DNA from: Candidatus Thermosaccharophagus tengchongensis
GTDB taxonomy: Bacteria > Armatimonadota > Fervidibacteria > Fervidibacterales > Thermosaccharophagaceae
Strand: one strand, 5' to 3'
DNA: 43,702 nt
NCBI GenBank assembly: GCA_032161105.1
Contig: JAVHTD010000025.1
A program made the translations under genes and the position numbers. Positions 1-10,274 of this stretch are shown here, one piece after another (position 1 is the stretch's first letter; each line of letters begins with the position of its first letter). A model generated the notes under the pieces. That model did not search any database, was not told the DNA's origin, and was given only the letters and a program-made list of their open reading frames with translations.

Positions 1-94
1 CCCATTGCGGCATCGTCTCCCGGATGGCGATGGCATCGCTTGCCAAATAACCCTTGTCCTGCTTTAGCATCGCACCATCATCGGAATTAGCCAT
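1..94 (-). CDS. 5' part of an unidentified gene running off the window edge
   Basis: Open frame from ATG at 94 (MANSDDGAMLKQDKGYLASDAIAIRETMPQW...), 34 bp downstream of argF on the same strand; too short to assign. Confidence 0.3.
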   Translation of the reverse strand, partial: MANSDDGAMLKQDKGYLASDAIAIRETMPQW

Positions 95-128
95 CCCATT
101 GAACTACCCTTGCCCCCAATGAGCATCT

Positions 129-1073
129 TCAGGTGCCATGCGCTATTAGCGCTAAAAGTGCCTTTTGCGTGTGCAACCTATTTTCCGCTTGCTCAAGCGC
201 AATGCACCTTTCCGAGTCAAGCACCTCACTGGTTATTTCCTCGCCCCTGTGTGCTGGCAGGCAATGCATTACAACAGCGTGTGGTGGTGCAAGCTCAAGC
301 ATCCCCTCGTTAACCTGATACGGAGCAAAGTCCACCTTGCGCTTCTGCGCTTCCTCCTCCTGCCCCATGCTCACCCAGACATCCGTGTAGATTGCATCAG
401 CATCTTTGAGTGCATCCGCTGGCTCGTTGCCGATGTTTACGGTTGAGCCGCTCACCTTTGCGATGTTCATGGCTTGATTTACGATCTCGCTTTTCGGCTC
501 ATAACCCTTTGGCGTGATGACGGAGACATTCACTCCGAGCATAGCGCAGAGGAGCATCAGCGAATGAGCGACATTGTATCCGTCACCGATGAAGACCAAG
601 TGCCTGCCCTTCAATTCACCATAGTGTTCCTTCAGCGTGAACAAGTCGGCGAGAGCCTGACACGGATGCTCAACATCTGAGAGGGCGTTTATCACTGGCA
701 CATTTGCCCAGTATGCCATTTCCTCAAGCGTTGCATGCCTGTGAACCCTCGCCACTACCATGTCAACCCACCTTTCAAGGTTCATAGCGATGTCTTTAAC
801 CGCTTCCCTTGTCCCGATGCCAACCTCGGCTTGCGTAAGCACAATTGGAATCCCTCCAAGCTGTCTCACCGCAAGTTCAAATGTCACTCTCGTCCTAAGG
901 GACGGCTTCTCAAACAGCAATGCCACTGCCCTGTAGAGCAATGGTTCTCTGAGCCGCAAAGAGGCGTTGCCGGATTTGTATTCGCCTGCCCATTGAAACA
1001 CCAGCTCAACTTCCTCAGCTTTCAAATCCGTCACCGAGAGGAAGTCCCTATGCGGTTTCCCCATGCGCATCAC
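129..1073 (-). CDS. argF: ornithine carbamoyltransferase
   Basis: FEKPSLRTR carbamoyl-phosphate motif, NALSDVEHPCQALAD, YTDVWVSMG, MHCLPAHRGEE, QAENRLH. Confidence 0.95.
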   Translation of the reverse strand: MMRMGKPHRDFLSVTDLKAEEVELVFQWAGEYKSGNASLRLREPLLYRAVALLFEKPSLRTRVTFELAVRQLGGIPIVLTQAEVGIGTREAVKDIAMNLERWVDMVVARVHRHATLEEMAYWANVPVINALSDVEHPCQALADLFTLKEHYGELKGRHLVFIGDGYNVAHSLMLLCAMLGVNVSVITPKGYEPKSEIVNQAMNIAKVSGSTVNIGNEPADALKDADAIYTDVWVSMGQEEEAQKRKVDFAPYQVNEGMLELAPPHAVVMHCLPAHRGEEITSEVLDSERCIALEQAENRLHTQKALLALIAHGT

Positions 1074-2821
1074 CCTCTCTTTTGGCGCTTGCTTGAGCGG
1101 CGCTGCCTCAAAAATGAGCGCAAGTCCCTGAGCGGCATCGCATTTATGACATCCTTTGGTTCAAGCCATCCCCGCCTCGCAGTCCCAACACCATACCTCA
1201 TGAACTCAAGGTGGATTGTGGCATGCGCATCCGTTCCTATGGCGACCAATGCACCATAGTCCTTACACATGCGCACATGGTCGTCTTTCAGGTCAAGCCT
1301 TTCTGGGCTCGCATTTATCTCAAGGGCTATGCCCTCACTCGCGGCGCGCTTTATCAGTGCTTCCACATCAACTTCGTAAGGTTCCCTTTGCCCGATTAAC
1401 CTCCCGGTTGGATGCCCGATGATGTTCACATACGGATTCTCCATCGCCCGAAGCATTCGTTCGGTCATCTTCTGTGCGCTCATCTTCATCTGTGAGTGGA
1501 CGGAAGCAATGACCACATCAAATTCGCTCAGCAGCTCATCATCAAGCGCGAGTGTGCCATCTGGGAGTATGTCAACTTCAACACCGGTCAATATCGTTAT
1601 GTCATTGAGGCGCTCATTGAGCTTCCTTATCAGCTCAACTTGCCGCTTGAAGTCCTCCGGCTTTACGCCCCAACCGAGTGGTGGTGAGTGGTCGGTTATG
1701 GCGATGTATTCGTAGCCGAGTTCGGCTGCTGCATTTGCCAACGCCTCAATGGTCTCCGAGCCGTCACTCCAGTTTGAGTGGATGTGCAAGTCACCCCGTA
1801 TGTCATCCATCTCAATGAGCTTCGGTATTTCCCTCCTTTCGGCTGCCTCAATCTCGCCCTTGTTCTCCCTTATCTCCGGCGGTATCCAAATTAGCCCGAG
1901 CGACTCATAAACGCCCTCTTCAGTTTCCCCGGCTATCTTTTCATCCGTTGGCTCCTTGAAGACGCCATACTCGTTTATCTTCAAGCCGAGCTTTATGCCG
2001 CGCTCACGCAGGGATATGTTGTGATCCTTTGAGCCGGTGAAGTATTGAGCGGCTGCACCAAACGATTCCGGATGCACCGCACGCACATCAACTTGAAGCC
2101 CGCCCTCAAACAGCACGCTTGACTTGGTTGGACCCCTTGCAAGCACATCCCTAACGCCATCCAAGTTCACAAACTTTTCCATCACTGGTTCGGAGTTGGT
2201 CGTAGCCACGAGTATATCCACATCGCCTATCGTTTCCTTCATCCTGCGCAGGCTGCCGGCTGGAAGTATCAGCTTCGCTTGTGGGAGGGATGCAAGTTCA
2301 TTGACGATGTAATCGGCAACCTTCCAAGCGACATCAAGGCGCACTCGCTGCGCTGTTGTCTTTAGCAGCTGTATGCCGCGAAGTATGTTCTCCTCTTTCT
2401 TCGGACCCATTCCGGGCAAATGGCGCAGTCTGCCCTCAGTTGCAGCCTTCTCCAGCTCCTCAATTGTGGTTATGCCGAGGCGTTCATATACGAGCCATGC
2501 GGTCCTCGGTCCCATGTCGGGTATCTCCAAGAATGCGCGCAGCGATGGCGGCACCTTCCTCCTCAACTCCTCAAGTTCGCTCACTTTCCCGGTTCGCACA
2601 AATTCGGTTATCTTGGCGGCTAAGCTTGCGCCAACCCCTTCTCTCTCATTCAGCCTCCCTTGCTCAATTAGCTCTTCAATTGGTGTGGTCAACCTCCTTA
2701 TTGCCTCCGCAGCTCTCCTGTATGCGCGCACCTTAAATGGGTTCTCGCCGAGTATCTCCTTTAAGTCGCCGAGCTCCTCGAGCATTTCTGCGACCTTATC
2801 ATTGCGCATAGCCTCAAACAC
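1070..2821 (-). CDS. polX: DNA polymerase X / PHP 3'-5' exonuclease
   Basis: ENPFKVRAY, HhH motifs, AGSLRR...GDVDIL, FTGSKDHN, PHP motifs GDLHIHSNWSDG, ITDHS, GHPTGR, GTDAH. Confidence 0.95.
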   Translation of the reverse strand: MFEAMRNDKVAEMLEELGDLKEILGENPFKVRAYRRAAEAIRRLTTPIEELIEQGRLNEREGVGASLAAKITEFVRTGKVSELEELRRKVPPSLRAFLEIPDMGPRTAWLVYERLGITTIEELEKAATEGRLRHLPGMGPKKEENILRGIQLLKTTAQRVRLDVAWKVADYIVNELASLPQAKLILPAGSLRRMKETIGDVDILVATTNSEPVMEKFVNLDGVRDVLARGPTKSSVLFEGGLQVDVRAVHPESFGAAAQYFTGSKDHNISLRERGIKLGLKINEYGVFKEPTDEKIAGETEEGVYESLGLIWIPPEIRENKGEIEAAERREIPKLIEMDDIRGDLHIHSNWSDGSETIEALANAAAELGYEYIAITDHSPPLGWGVKPEDFKRQVELIRKLNERLNDITILTGVEVDILPDGTLALDDELLSEFDVVIASVHSQMKMSAQKMTERMLRAMENPYVNIIGHPTGRLIGQREPYEVDVEALIKRAASEGIALEINASPERLDLKDDHVRMCKDYGALVAIGTDAHATIHLEFMRYGVGTARRGWLEPKDVINAMPLRDLRSFLRQRRSSKRQKRG

Positions 2822-3140
2822 CCCTTCGCAGGGAACGCATTTTGATATGTTGAAGCGTTGCTTTCGTTTCCCACCATCAACCTATTATCACCTCGCTTGC
2901 CCGTTCATGCAATCGGGCTGCATGCGCAATGCCACAGTTGAGCCGATGATGGTTTTGGTTGCCTCATCTTGAACTTGGTGCGCTTCATCCTCAGCTTTAC
3001 ATTTTCAAATCGCGCAGCATCATAATTAACTGGCTGCGGTTGTCCGTTGACCTCTCAGCGATGAGCCAAATTCCTCATCACCTCACTTAAGGGTAAACCT
3101 GTGTGCACCATGTCGTTTGCCGACGGGAGGTGAAGCTGCG

Positions 3141-3431
3141 ATGAAGATAAAGCCGCTCAGGGACAAAGTGCTGATCAAGGTTGAGGAAGAGGAGGAGAAG
3201 ACAGCCGGTGGGATTTACCTCCCAGACACCGCAAAGGAGAAGCCGCAGCGCGGTATCGTCGTGGCAGTCGGCGATGGCAAGGTGACGGACGAGGGCAAGG
3301 TCATCCCAATCAGCGTGAAGGTCGGTGACAGGGTCATCTTCTCAAAGTATGCCGGAACTGAGATAAAGCTTAACGGCGAGAAGCATGTTATCCTCAGCGC
3401 GGATGACATATATGCCGTCATTGAGGAGTAA
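3141..3431 (+). CDS. groES: co-chaperonin GroES
   Basis: [12 protein letters not shown]...[16 protein letters not shown]...[25 protein letters not shown] before ATG 3141. Confidence 0.97.
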   Translation: MKIKPLRDKVLIKVEEEEEKTAGGIYLPDTAKEKPQRGIVVAVGDGKVTDEGKVIPISVKVGDRVIFSKYAGTEIKLNGEKHVILSADDIYAVIEE

Positions 3432-3523
3432 GCCGATCCTTCCGCCCATAAACTTCATTTGACTGTTGATGCCGTCATGCGCCCTTACAAACGCCTCCAA
3501 TCTTAATCGGAGGTGAGTAAAAG

Positions 3524-5128
3524 ATGGCAGCAAAGCAACTGCTGTTCAGCGATCAGGCGAGGCAGGCATTGTTTCGCGGCGCACGAGCAGTTGCAGAGGC
3601 AGTTGCCGTCACGCTTGGACCGAGGGGACGAAATGTTGTGCTTGACAAGAAATGGGGTTCGCCATCTGTGAGCAAAGACGGTGTCACAGTGGCAAAGGAG
3701 ATAGAGCTTGAGGAGAAGTTTGAAAACATGGGCGCACAGCTCATGCGTGAGGTGGCATCAAAGACAAACGATGTTGCAGGCGATGGAACAACAACAGCGG
3801 TTGTGCTCGCCTACGCGATGCTCAAAGAGGGGATGAAGGCTGTTGCAGCTGGTGTTAATCCGGTGTTCCTGAAGAGGGGCATGGAAAGGGCTTTAAGGGA
3901 TGTTGTTGAGCACCTTAGGGAGCTCGCCGTTGATGTTGAGACAAAGGAAGAGATAATGCATGTGGCTACCATCGCCGGAAATGACCCAGAGATAGGGCGC
4001 ATTATTGCTGAGGCAATGGATAAGGTGGGGAAGGACGGAGTTATAACCGTAGAGGAGGCGAAGGGAACTCAAACGACGGTTGAGGTTGTTGAGGGAATGC
4101 AATTTGACAAGGGTTACATATCGCCGTATTTCATCACGGACGCCGAAAACATGCAGTGCGTTCTTGAGGAGCCGCTCATACTCGTTCACGAGAAGAAGAT
4201 AACCTCGGCGCTTGATTTAGTGCCGCTGCTTGAAAGGGTAGCCAGAGCTGGTCGTCCACTCCTGATCATTGCTGAGAATGTTGAAGGAGATGCGTTGGCG
4301 ACGCTCGTGGTCAATAAGCTTCGCGGCGTGATCCAATGCTGTGCTGTTAAGGCGCCAGCTTTCGGCGAGCGCAGAAAAGCCATCATGGAGGACATTGCCA
4401 TACTCACCGGCGGGCGCTTCTTCAGCGAAGACTTGGGGATCAAACTTGAGAACATAGACCTGAGGGACTTGGGCACGGCAAAGCGAGTCGTTGTTGAGCG
4501 TGAGAAGACAACGATAGTTGAAGGCGGTGGCTCCAAAGAGGCAATAGCAGCTCGCATTGAGCAGATACGGAAGTTGATTCAGGAGACGGAATCGGATTAC
4601 GACCGTGAGAAGCTTGAGGAGCGCCTTGCGAAGTTGGCTGGCGGAGTTGCCGTGATCAAAGTTGGTGCGCCGACCGAGACGGAGCTAAAGGAGAAGAAAC
4701 ACCGCTTTGAGGATTCCCTGAACGCTTCAAGGGCTGCAGTTGAAGAGGGCATACTACCCGGCGGTGGCGTCTCGCTCATACGAGCACAGGCTAAACTTAA
4801 GGGCATGGACTTTGAGGCGCCCGAGGATGAGAAAGTTGGCTATCGCATTGTCCTTGAATCGCTTGAGGAACCTCTGCGCCAGATAGCTGAGAATGCCGGT
4901 TACGATGGAACTGTCATAGTTGATGAGGTGAGGAACAGGGACGGCAACATCGGCTTTGATGCTGCGAGAGGGGAATTCGTTGACATGATGGAAGCCGGCA
5001 TAGTTGACCCACTTAAGGTCGTTCGGACTGCGCTTGAGAATGCAGTCAGCATAGCTACGCTCATTCTGAACACGGAGGCGCTAATAGCCGAGAAGCCAGA
5101 AGAGGAGGAGAAGGAGAAGAAGTCATAA
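3524..5128 (+). CDS. groEL: chaperonin GroEL
   Basis: [54 protein letters not shown]. Confidence 0.98.
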   Translation: MAAKQLLFSDQARQALFRGARAVAEAVAVTLGPRGRNVVLDKKWGSPSVSKDGVTVAKEIELEEKFENMGAQLMREVASKTNDVAGDGTTTAVVLAYAMLKEGMKAVAAGVNPVFLKRGMERALRDVVEHLRELAVDVETKEEIMHVATIAGNDPEIGRIIAEAMDKVGKDGVITVEEAKGTQTTVEVVEGMQFDKGYISPYFITDAENMQCVLEEPLILVHEKKITSALDLVPLLERVARAGRPLLIIAENVEGDALATLVVNKLRGVIQCCAVKAPAFGERRKAIMEDIAILTGGRFFSEDLGIKLENIDLRDLGTAKRVVVEREKTTIVEGGGSKEAIAARIEQIRKLIQETESDYDREKLEERLAKLAGGVAVIKVGAPTETELKEKKHRFEDSLNASRAAVEEGILPGGGVSLIRAQAKLKGMDFEAPEDEKVGYRIVLESLEEPLRQIAENAGYDGTVIVDEVRNRDGNIGFDAARGEFVDMMEAGIVDPLKVVRTALENAVSIATLILNTEALIAEKPEEEEKEKKS

Positions 5129-5144
5129 GGTCATAACCTGTGAT

Positions 5145-5175
5145 GGGCACGGCTTTCAAAGCCGTGCCCTCTTAT
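5145..5175 (+). terminator. hairpin after groEL (probable terminator or stabiliser)
   Basis: GGGCACGGC-tttcaaa-GCCGTGCCC perfect 9-bp stem; weak U-tract (TCTTAT). Confidence 0.55.
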
Positions 5176-5213
5176 CACAAATGGGGAAAGCGAAGATGAG
5201 GTGAGCGGATGCG

Positions 5214-5456
5214 ATGCTTGATGATGTGCTGCGAGCCACATCGGGACCTATACGGAACAAGTATCTATACACGCTCGCTGTTGCGCATAGGGCACGCAAG
5301 CTAATTCAAGATGCTGCCTTCAGCAAGCAACCGCTTAAGGAGAACCCAATCATAATGGCGCTCAAGGATTTCCGCGAGGGCAGGATAAGAGTTGAGGTCC
5401 TTGATGAGGAGATCAAAAGGGCTCTTGAGGGGCACTCCGAAGAGGTGCTGCCTTAA
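5214..5456 (+). CDS. rpoZ: RNA polymerase omega subunit
   Basis: NKYLYTLAVAHRARKL...NPIIMALKDFREGRI matches the omega pattern; 80 aa. Confidence 0.8.
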   Translation: MLDDVLRATSGPIRNKYLYTLAVAHRARKLIQDAAFSKQPLKENPIIMALKDFREGRIRVEVLDEEIKRALEGHSEEVLP

Positions 5457-5465
5457 TCCTTCGCC

Positions 5466-6158
5466 TCACTCCCATTTGATGGCTTTAACAAAATCCAACC
5501 TCTGGAGCGTCCGAGTTACCTCATACTCTGTCACTTGAGCCGGCAGTGTGGCTCCTATTCGCACAATTCTTTCGGTGCCATCGGTTGCGGATTTGAACTC
5601 AACCATTGTTATGTGTGCTCTGAGGTTGGTCAGCGATCGCAATATCTCATCAATGGCATATTGTTGCGGTTCGTATGTGCAGTTTATGACAGCCGGGTAT
5701 CTTTCTCCCTTCCCAAACCATCTTCTTTCGGCATGCCTCAACAGAGTTAGCGAGGCGAAGGTGAGCAATGTTGAAATCACCGCCGGGAAATACCAACCCA
5801 TGCCGACACACAAACCTATTGCCGCAGTAGCCCAGATGCTTGCAGCTGTGGTCAATCCGCGAATGATGTCGCCGCGAAGCCAGATCGTTCCAGCCCCGAG
5901 GAAACCGATCCCGGTGACAACATTCGCGGCAATGCGTGCCGGGTCTGCACTCGGGTTGCCGGATTGAATCGCAATCGCTATTGAGACCATCATGAAGAGG
6001 CACGAACCGAGCCCGACGAGAACATGCGTTCTAAGCCCCGCCGGTCTCTCCCTCGCTTCCCTCTCAGCGCCTATCAAAGCGCAGAGTATGATCGCCAGTA
6101 TGAGCCTGAACGCCGTCTCATAAGCATTCGGCTCCATCAAGCGCACCGGTGAAAACAC
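5466..6158 (-). CDS. MgtC/SapB family membrane protein
   Basis: IGAERE...PAGLRTHVLV, DPARIAANVVTGIGFLGAG, GLTTAASIW; ACT-like C-terminal domain. Confidence 0.92.
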   Translation of the reverse strand: MFSPVRLMEPNAYETAFRLILAIILCALIGAEREARERPAGLRTHVLVGLGSCLFMMVSIAIAIQSGNPSADPARIAANVVTGIGFLGAGTIWLRGDIIRGLTTAASIWATAAIGLCVGMGWYFPAVISTLLTFASLTLLRHAERRWFGKGERYPAVINCTYEPQQYAIDEILRSLTNLRAHITMVEFKSATDGTERIVRIGATLPAQVTEYEVTRTLQRLDFVKAIKWE

Positions 6159-6174
6159 CCTCCCTTGGCTCCAT

Positions 6175-7932
6175 TCATTCCTTTGGTGTCAGTTCCTCAT
6201 AAAGCATGGAGCGCAACTCCAAGATGTATTTCAATGCATCATCCGCGCCAACGAGGGTTGGCTTTTTATCCCTCCGCAACCTCACCTCTGCGCAGCCGCT
6301 CTCTTTATAGCTCTTACCGATAACGACTTGTATTGGCACGCCTATCAGGTCGGCATCTTTGAATTTTACGCCGGGACGCTCATTCCTGTCATCAATGAGC
6401 GCCTCAATGCCGGCCCTTATGAGTTGGGAATAAATTCGCTCCGCCCCATCGGCTATTTCGCCATCGCCCATGTCAATGGGAATAATCCACACCTCGTATG
6501 GTGCTACAGTTATGGGAAAGATTATCCCGTCCTCATCGTGACTCACCTCAACGACTGCTGCCAGCATTCGGCTCACGCCTATCCCATAGCAGCCCATGAT
6601 GAACGGCTTTTCAGCGCCATCCTCATCAACAAATTTGGCGTTCATTGCATCGCTGTATTTCGTGCCGAGCTTGAAGACATGCCCGACTTCAATGCAGTTC
6701 CTCTGGCGCAGCATGCCGCTGTCGCATCTCGGGCAGCCATCACCATCCCTGGCGAATCGCAAGTCCGCAAACAGGCTTATTTCAAAGTCCCTTCCCCAAT
6801 TGACATTGATGAGGTGGTGGTCGTCCTCATTTGCGCCGGTGACGAAGTTGCGCATCAGGGCTATGTCATAATCTGCGATCGCCTCAACACCCTTAAGCCC
6901 AACTGGACCAGAGTAGCCAACATCTGCGCCGGTGAGTTGCCTTATCTCGTCGGGGTTGGCCATGCGCATATCCGACGCTTTAAGGAGGCGGCGCAGCTTC
7001 GCCTCATTCAATTCGGCATCGCCGCGAACAAGGGCAGCCACCGGCTTACCATTGACGATGTATATGAGCGTCTTGACGAGCCTATCGGCGCTCACCTTGA
7101 GGTAGCTCGTCACCTGTGCGACTGTCTTTTGGTTTGGCGTAAAGACCTTTTCCATTGGTAGCATGTCATCCTGTGAGCGCGTGCCCATTGGCTCTTCAAA
7201 TGGTCTTCGTCTTTCGGCTCGCTCCCGATTGGCTGCATACCCGCAGCTCTCACAGATGAGCATGCTATCTTCACCGCTCTCTGAGAGCACCATGAACTCA
7301 AGGTTCTCTGTCCCGCCAATCACTCCAGCTTCAGCTTCAACTGGGATGGCTTTCAAACCGCACCTAAAAAAGATCCGCTTGTAAGCCCTCACCATTGCCC
7401 GATAGCTTCTTTCAAGTCCCTCCTCATCCCTGTCAAACGAATAGGCATCCTTCATTGTGAACTCACGGGCACGCATCAAACCTCCCCTCGGACGGGGCTC
7501 ATCGCGAAACTTGACCTGTATCTGATAGAGGGTTAGCGGCAGCTGCCTATACGAGCGCACATCCCTTCTGACCAAGTCGGTCACGACTTCCTCGTGAGTT
7601 GGCCCGAGGCACATTGGTCGCTCTTGCCTATCGCGCAGCTTAAACAATATCTCATCGCACTCTTCCCACCTTCCCGTCTCCTCCCAAAGGCTCGCCGGGT
7701 GAAGTGCCGGCATGAGAATCTCCTGCGCTCCAATGGCGTTCATTTCCTCACGGACTATGCGCGCGATCTTCTCAAGGGAACGACACCCCAGTGGAAGGTA
7801 TGCATATATCCCGGCTGCAACTCTCCTTATGAACCCGGCTTTCATCAGCAGCTTGTGGCTTACAAGTTCGGCTTCCGAGGGAGGTTCACGCAGTGTGGGG
7901 AAGTATAGCTGCGATGCTCTCATCCTCACCAA
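6175..7932 (-). CDS. proS: proline--tRNA ligase (bacterial type with editing insertion)
   Basis: LGPTHEE, KFRDEPRPRGGLMRAREFTMKDAYSF, EVGHVFKLGTKYS, MGCYGIGVSR. Confidence 0.98.
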   Translation of the reverse strand: MVRMRASQLYFPTLREPPSEAELVSHKLLMKAGFIRRVAAGIYAYLPLGCRSLEKIARIVREEMNAIGAQEILMPALHPASLWEETGRWEECDEILFKLRDRQERPMCLGPTHEEVVTDLVRRDVRSYRQLPLTLYQIQVKFRDEPRPRGGLMRAREFTMKDAYSFDRDEEGLERSYRAMVRAYKRIFFRCGLKAIPVEAEAGVIGGTENLEFMVLSESGEDSMLICESCGYAANRERAERRRPFEEPMGTRSQDDMLPMEKVFTPNQKTVAQVTSYLKVSADRLVKTLIYIVNGKPVAALVRGDAELNEAKLRRLLKASDMRMANPDEIRQLTGADVGYSGPVGLKGVEAIADYDIALMRNFVTGANEDDHHLINVNWGRDFEISLFADLRFARDGDGCPRCDSGMLRQRNCIEVGHVFKLGTKYSDAMNAKFVDEDGAEKPFIMGCYGIGVSRMLAAVVEVSHDEDGIIFPITVAPYEVWIIPIDMGDGEIADGAERIYSQLIRAGIEALIDDRNERPGVKFKDADLIGVPIQVVIGKSYKESGCAEVRLRRDKKPTLVGADDALKYILELRSMLYEELTPKE

Positions 7933-7979
7933 CCTCCGCTAAGGTTGGTAGTGATGTCAAAAGCTCCGTTGCTGCCATT

Positions 7980-9281
7980 TCACTGAGCACCGGTGAGCCG
8001 CTTGACTATGTATCCAACATCCCTTGCGCTGATGAGCATTATCAAGCCGAGCAGCAACACAATGCCCACAAGTGTCATCTTTAACTCCCAGTTTGGTTTC
8101 ATGCGCCGCCTTGAGATTGCCTCAACGCATAGCAGCGCCAGCCTACCGCCATCAAGTGGTGGTATGAGAATGATGAGGTTGACTAACCCAACTATGTAAC
8201 TCAGCGCCCCAATCAAACGCAGTTGCAGATAGAAGCTCATCCACGCTTGTTCCTTCAATTCCCAAAATATGCGTATCGGACCGCCGACAGCGTGGTGGAG
8301 TTGTCCCAACTTTGAAAGGAGCAGGGCAAGCCCATAAGTGATGCGCCAACATTCACCAGCTGCGATTGCAGCTCCATCCAATAAACGCTTCACGATCGGC
8401 ACCGGCTTTTCCGAGGGCATTTGGAGGAACTCAACCCCGATAATGCCGCGCTCCCTTTTGACGATCTTCGTTTTGGCTATAGCGCCCTTACCTCGTCCGG
8501 TGCGCTCGGTCTCCCTTATTTCAACCTCTTCCATTGCCATGGGAGTGACATTTATGGTCAGCGGTTTTCCGCCCCGTCTGACGAGCACAGCTATGCGTTT
8601 CTTCGGGCTTTTGGATATGGCAGCCGTGATTAGGTCAGTATCTTCCCTTCCAATGCCATTAATTGAAATGAGCGTGTCGTTGCGGCGCAGTTCCTTTGCC
8701 GTGCATTCAATCATTTGACCCCCCCTTAGCACCTTGAATCTAACATTGCTGCTGCGCTTAATCCTTGCGAGCGTGAGCCATTCATTGGTGAGCTTGATGC
8801 TCAATCCATCTATCCCGATGATTTCGTCACCCGGCTTAATTCCGGCTTTTGCTGCCGGCATGCTTGCAGCTACCCTTGAAACAACATTAGTGCCCCTCAT
8901 GCCGCTCACCGCTATGCCGTAGATGAGCAGCACAGCGAATGCGGCAATCAAGTTGCCGAGTGGACCCGAGAGGAGCACAAGCAGCCTATGCGTGATTGGG
9001 CGATTGTGAAAGGCTTCCATTGATGCGATGGCGTCCGGGTCATCAAACTCCATCCCGAAGATGCGCACATACCCGCCGAATGGTATGGCGCGAAGCGAAT
9101 ACTTGATGCCCCCGATCACCTTAGTCCAAATAGCTGGACCGATGAAGATTGAGAACTCAAGCACCCTCATTCTGACCCTCAATGCTGCCGCGAAGTGCGC
9201 AGCCTCGTGGACGAGAACGACGAACCCGAGGACGAGTATCGGGATGATGTAGGACTTGATTATGGGTAACAGGGTGTCCAT
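7980..9281 (-). CDS. rseP: RIP metalloprotease RseP (M50, PDZ)
   Basis: HEAAH zinc motif, IPFGGYVRI, PDZ-like segment (PAAKAGIKPGDEI), NL...PPLDGG. Confidence 0.9.
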   Translation of the reverse strand: MDTLLPIIKSYIIPILVLGFVVLVHEAAHFAAALRVRMRVLEFSIFIGPAIWTKVIGGIKYSLRAIPFGGYVRIFGMEFDDPDAIASMEAFHNRPITHRLLVLLSGPLGNLIAAFAVLLIYGIAVSGMRGTNVVSRVAASMPAAKAGIKPGDEIIGIDGLSIKLTNEWLTLARIKRSSNVRFKVLRGGQMIECTAKELRRNDTLISINGIGREDTDLITAAISKSPKKRIAVLVRRGGKPLTINVTPMAMEEVEIRETERTGRGKGAIAKTKIVKRERGIIGVEFLQMPSEKPVPIVKRLLDGAAIAAGECWRITYGLALLLSKLGQLHHAVGGPIRIFWELKEQAWMSFYLQLRLIGALSYIVGLVNLIILIPPLDGGRLALLCVEAISRRRMKPNWELKMTLVGIVLLLGLIMLISARDVGYIVKRLTGAQ

Positions 9282-9359
9282 CTGTGGACATCACCTCATG
9301 GTGAAATCGTTGACCGAACAGATTGGCTCTCCGGTTTCGCCTCACTTGCCCAATGTAGG

Positions 9360-10274
9360 CTACCCCTTCAAAAGCAATGCTATTGATGCGCACATCCCGA
9401 GAGTGAGGAAGTGGCGCGTGTAAAAGCCGATGCCGACGGACAGCATCTTGGGGGCATTCTCCGGGGCTTGAATAATGCTCAATCTCGCAAGGAACCGCTG
9501 TGCAACTGCGCCCACAATGACGAGCACAAACAGCTTGATAGATTCTGATGCGCTCTTGATCAGGATGCCGGTGAGCCCAGCGCTGAGCAGTGCGCCGAAT
9601 AATGCCCCAAGGAGAAACATAAGCTTGCCCCCGCGTTCGCTGCCCATCTTGCCATCTTCGTTCTCATTGTGGCTGTTTGCTCTTCCGTTTGGAGTTGCCA
9701 TCAGGTTCACAATTCCCAATCCGGCAATCAGCGATAGCAGTAAGGACGCATTTTCTTTCGGCATGCCCATTATGGCTGCCAGCCCAAACAGCGTCCCAAT
9801 AATCAAGCCCACGAGTATGCTTGAACCAGTCCCAATCAAGACTATGCTTGGCTTCCTCTGATTCCAAGCATCAACGGCATATGAGACGATTGTGGCAGCC
9901 AAGACGAGAGCGCACATCATCATGCCTATGCTCAAAGCTATTAGGGTTAGTTCATTGAGCTTCCACTGGATTGAGCTATAGGCTGCGTTTTGACCGCACC
10001 TATGAATGAGGGCAGCTACAGCCTTATCTGTGCACCCAAAGTAAAACAGGGCGCCAACTAAAATGAGCGATATGCTCGTTGAGGATGACTCCGATGTGAA
10101 AGTGTTCCACTTCACCTTGAGCAAATGAGCGAGCTCCCACGATATCGCATATGCGAGAAAGAGGCAAAGTAACGCCGTCGGTATACCGAACATGGAGAAC
10201 TCGGCATCCGCAGCGACAAGCGCGAATGAGAGGGCAAACAATGCCAGTCTACTTAACCCTGTTCTTTGCATCAA
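9360..10274 (-). CDS. polytopic membrane protein in the cdsA position; possibly a degenerate CdsA-like protein
   Basis: About 8-9 hydrophobic segments, overlaps the uppS 3' end; canonical CdsA motifs are not present. Confidence 0.6.
   Translation of the reverse strand: MMQRTGLSRLALFALSFALVAADAEFSMFGIPTALLCLFLAYAISWELAHLLKVKWNTFTSESSSTSISLILVGALFYFGCTDKAVAALIHRCGQNAAYSSIQWKLNELTLIALSIGMMMCALVLAATIVSYAVDAWNQRKPSIVLIGTGSSILVGLIIGTLFGLAAIMGMPKENASLLLSLIAGLGIVNLMATPNGRANSHNENEDGKMGSERGGKLMFLLGALFGALLSAGLTGILIKSASESIKLFVLVIVGAVAQRFLARLSIIQAPENAPKMLSVGIGFYTRHFLTLGMCASIALLLKG

Noticed and set aside
3040..3075. Possible CIRCE operator before groES (TTGACCTCTC...GAGCCAAA)
   Set aside because: Too many mismatches and the wrong spacer length for TTAGCACTC-N9-GAGTGCTAA.
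6328..7161. 277-aa plus-strand ORF
   Set aside because: Antisense shadow of proS.
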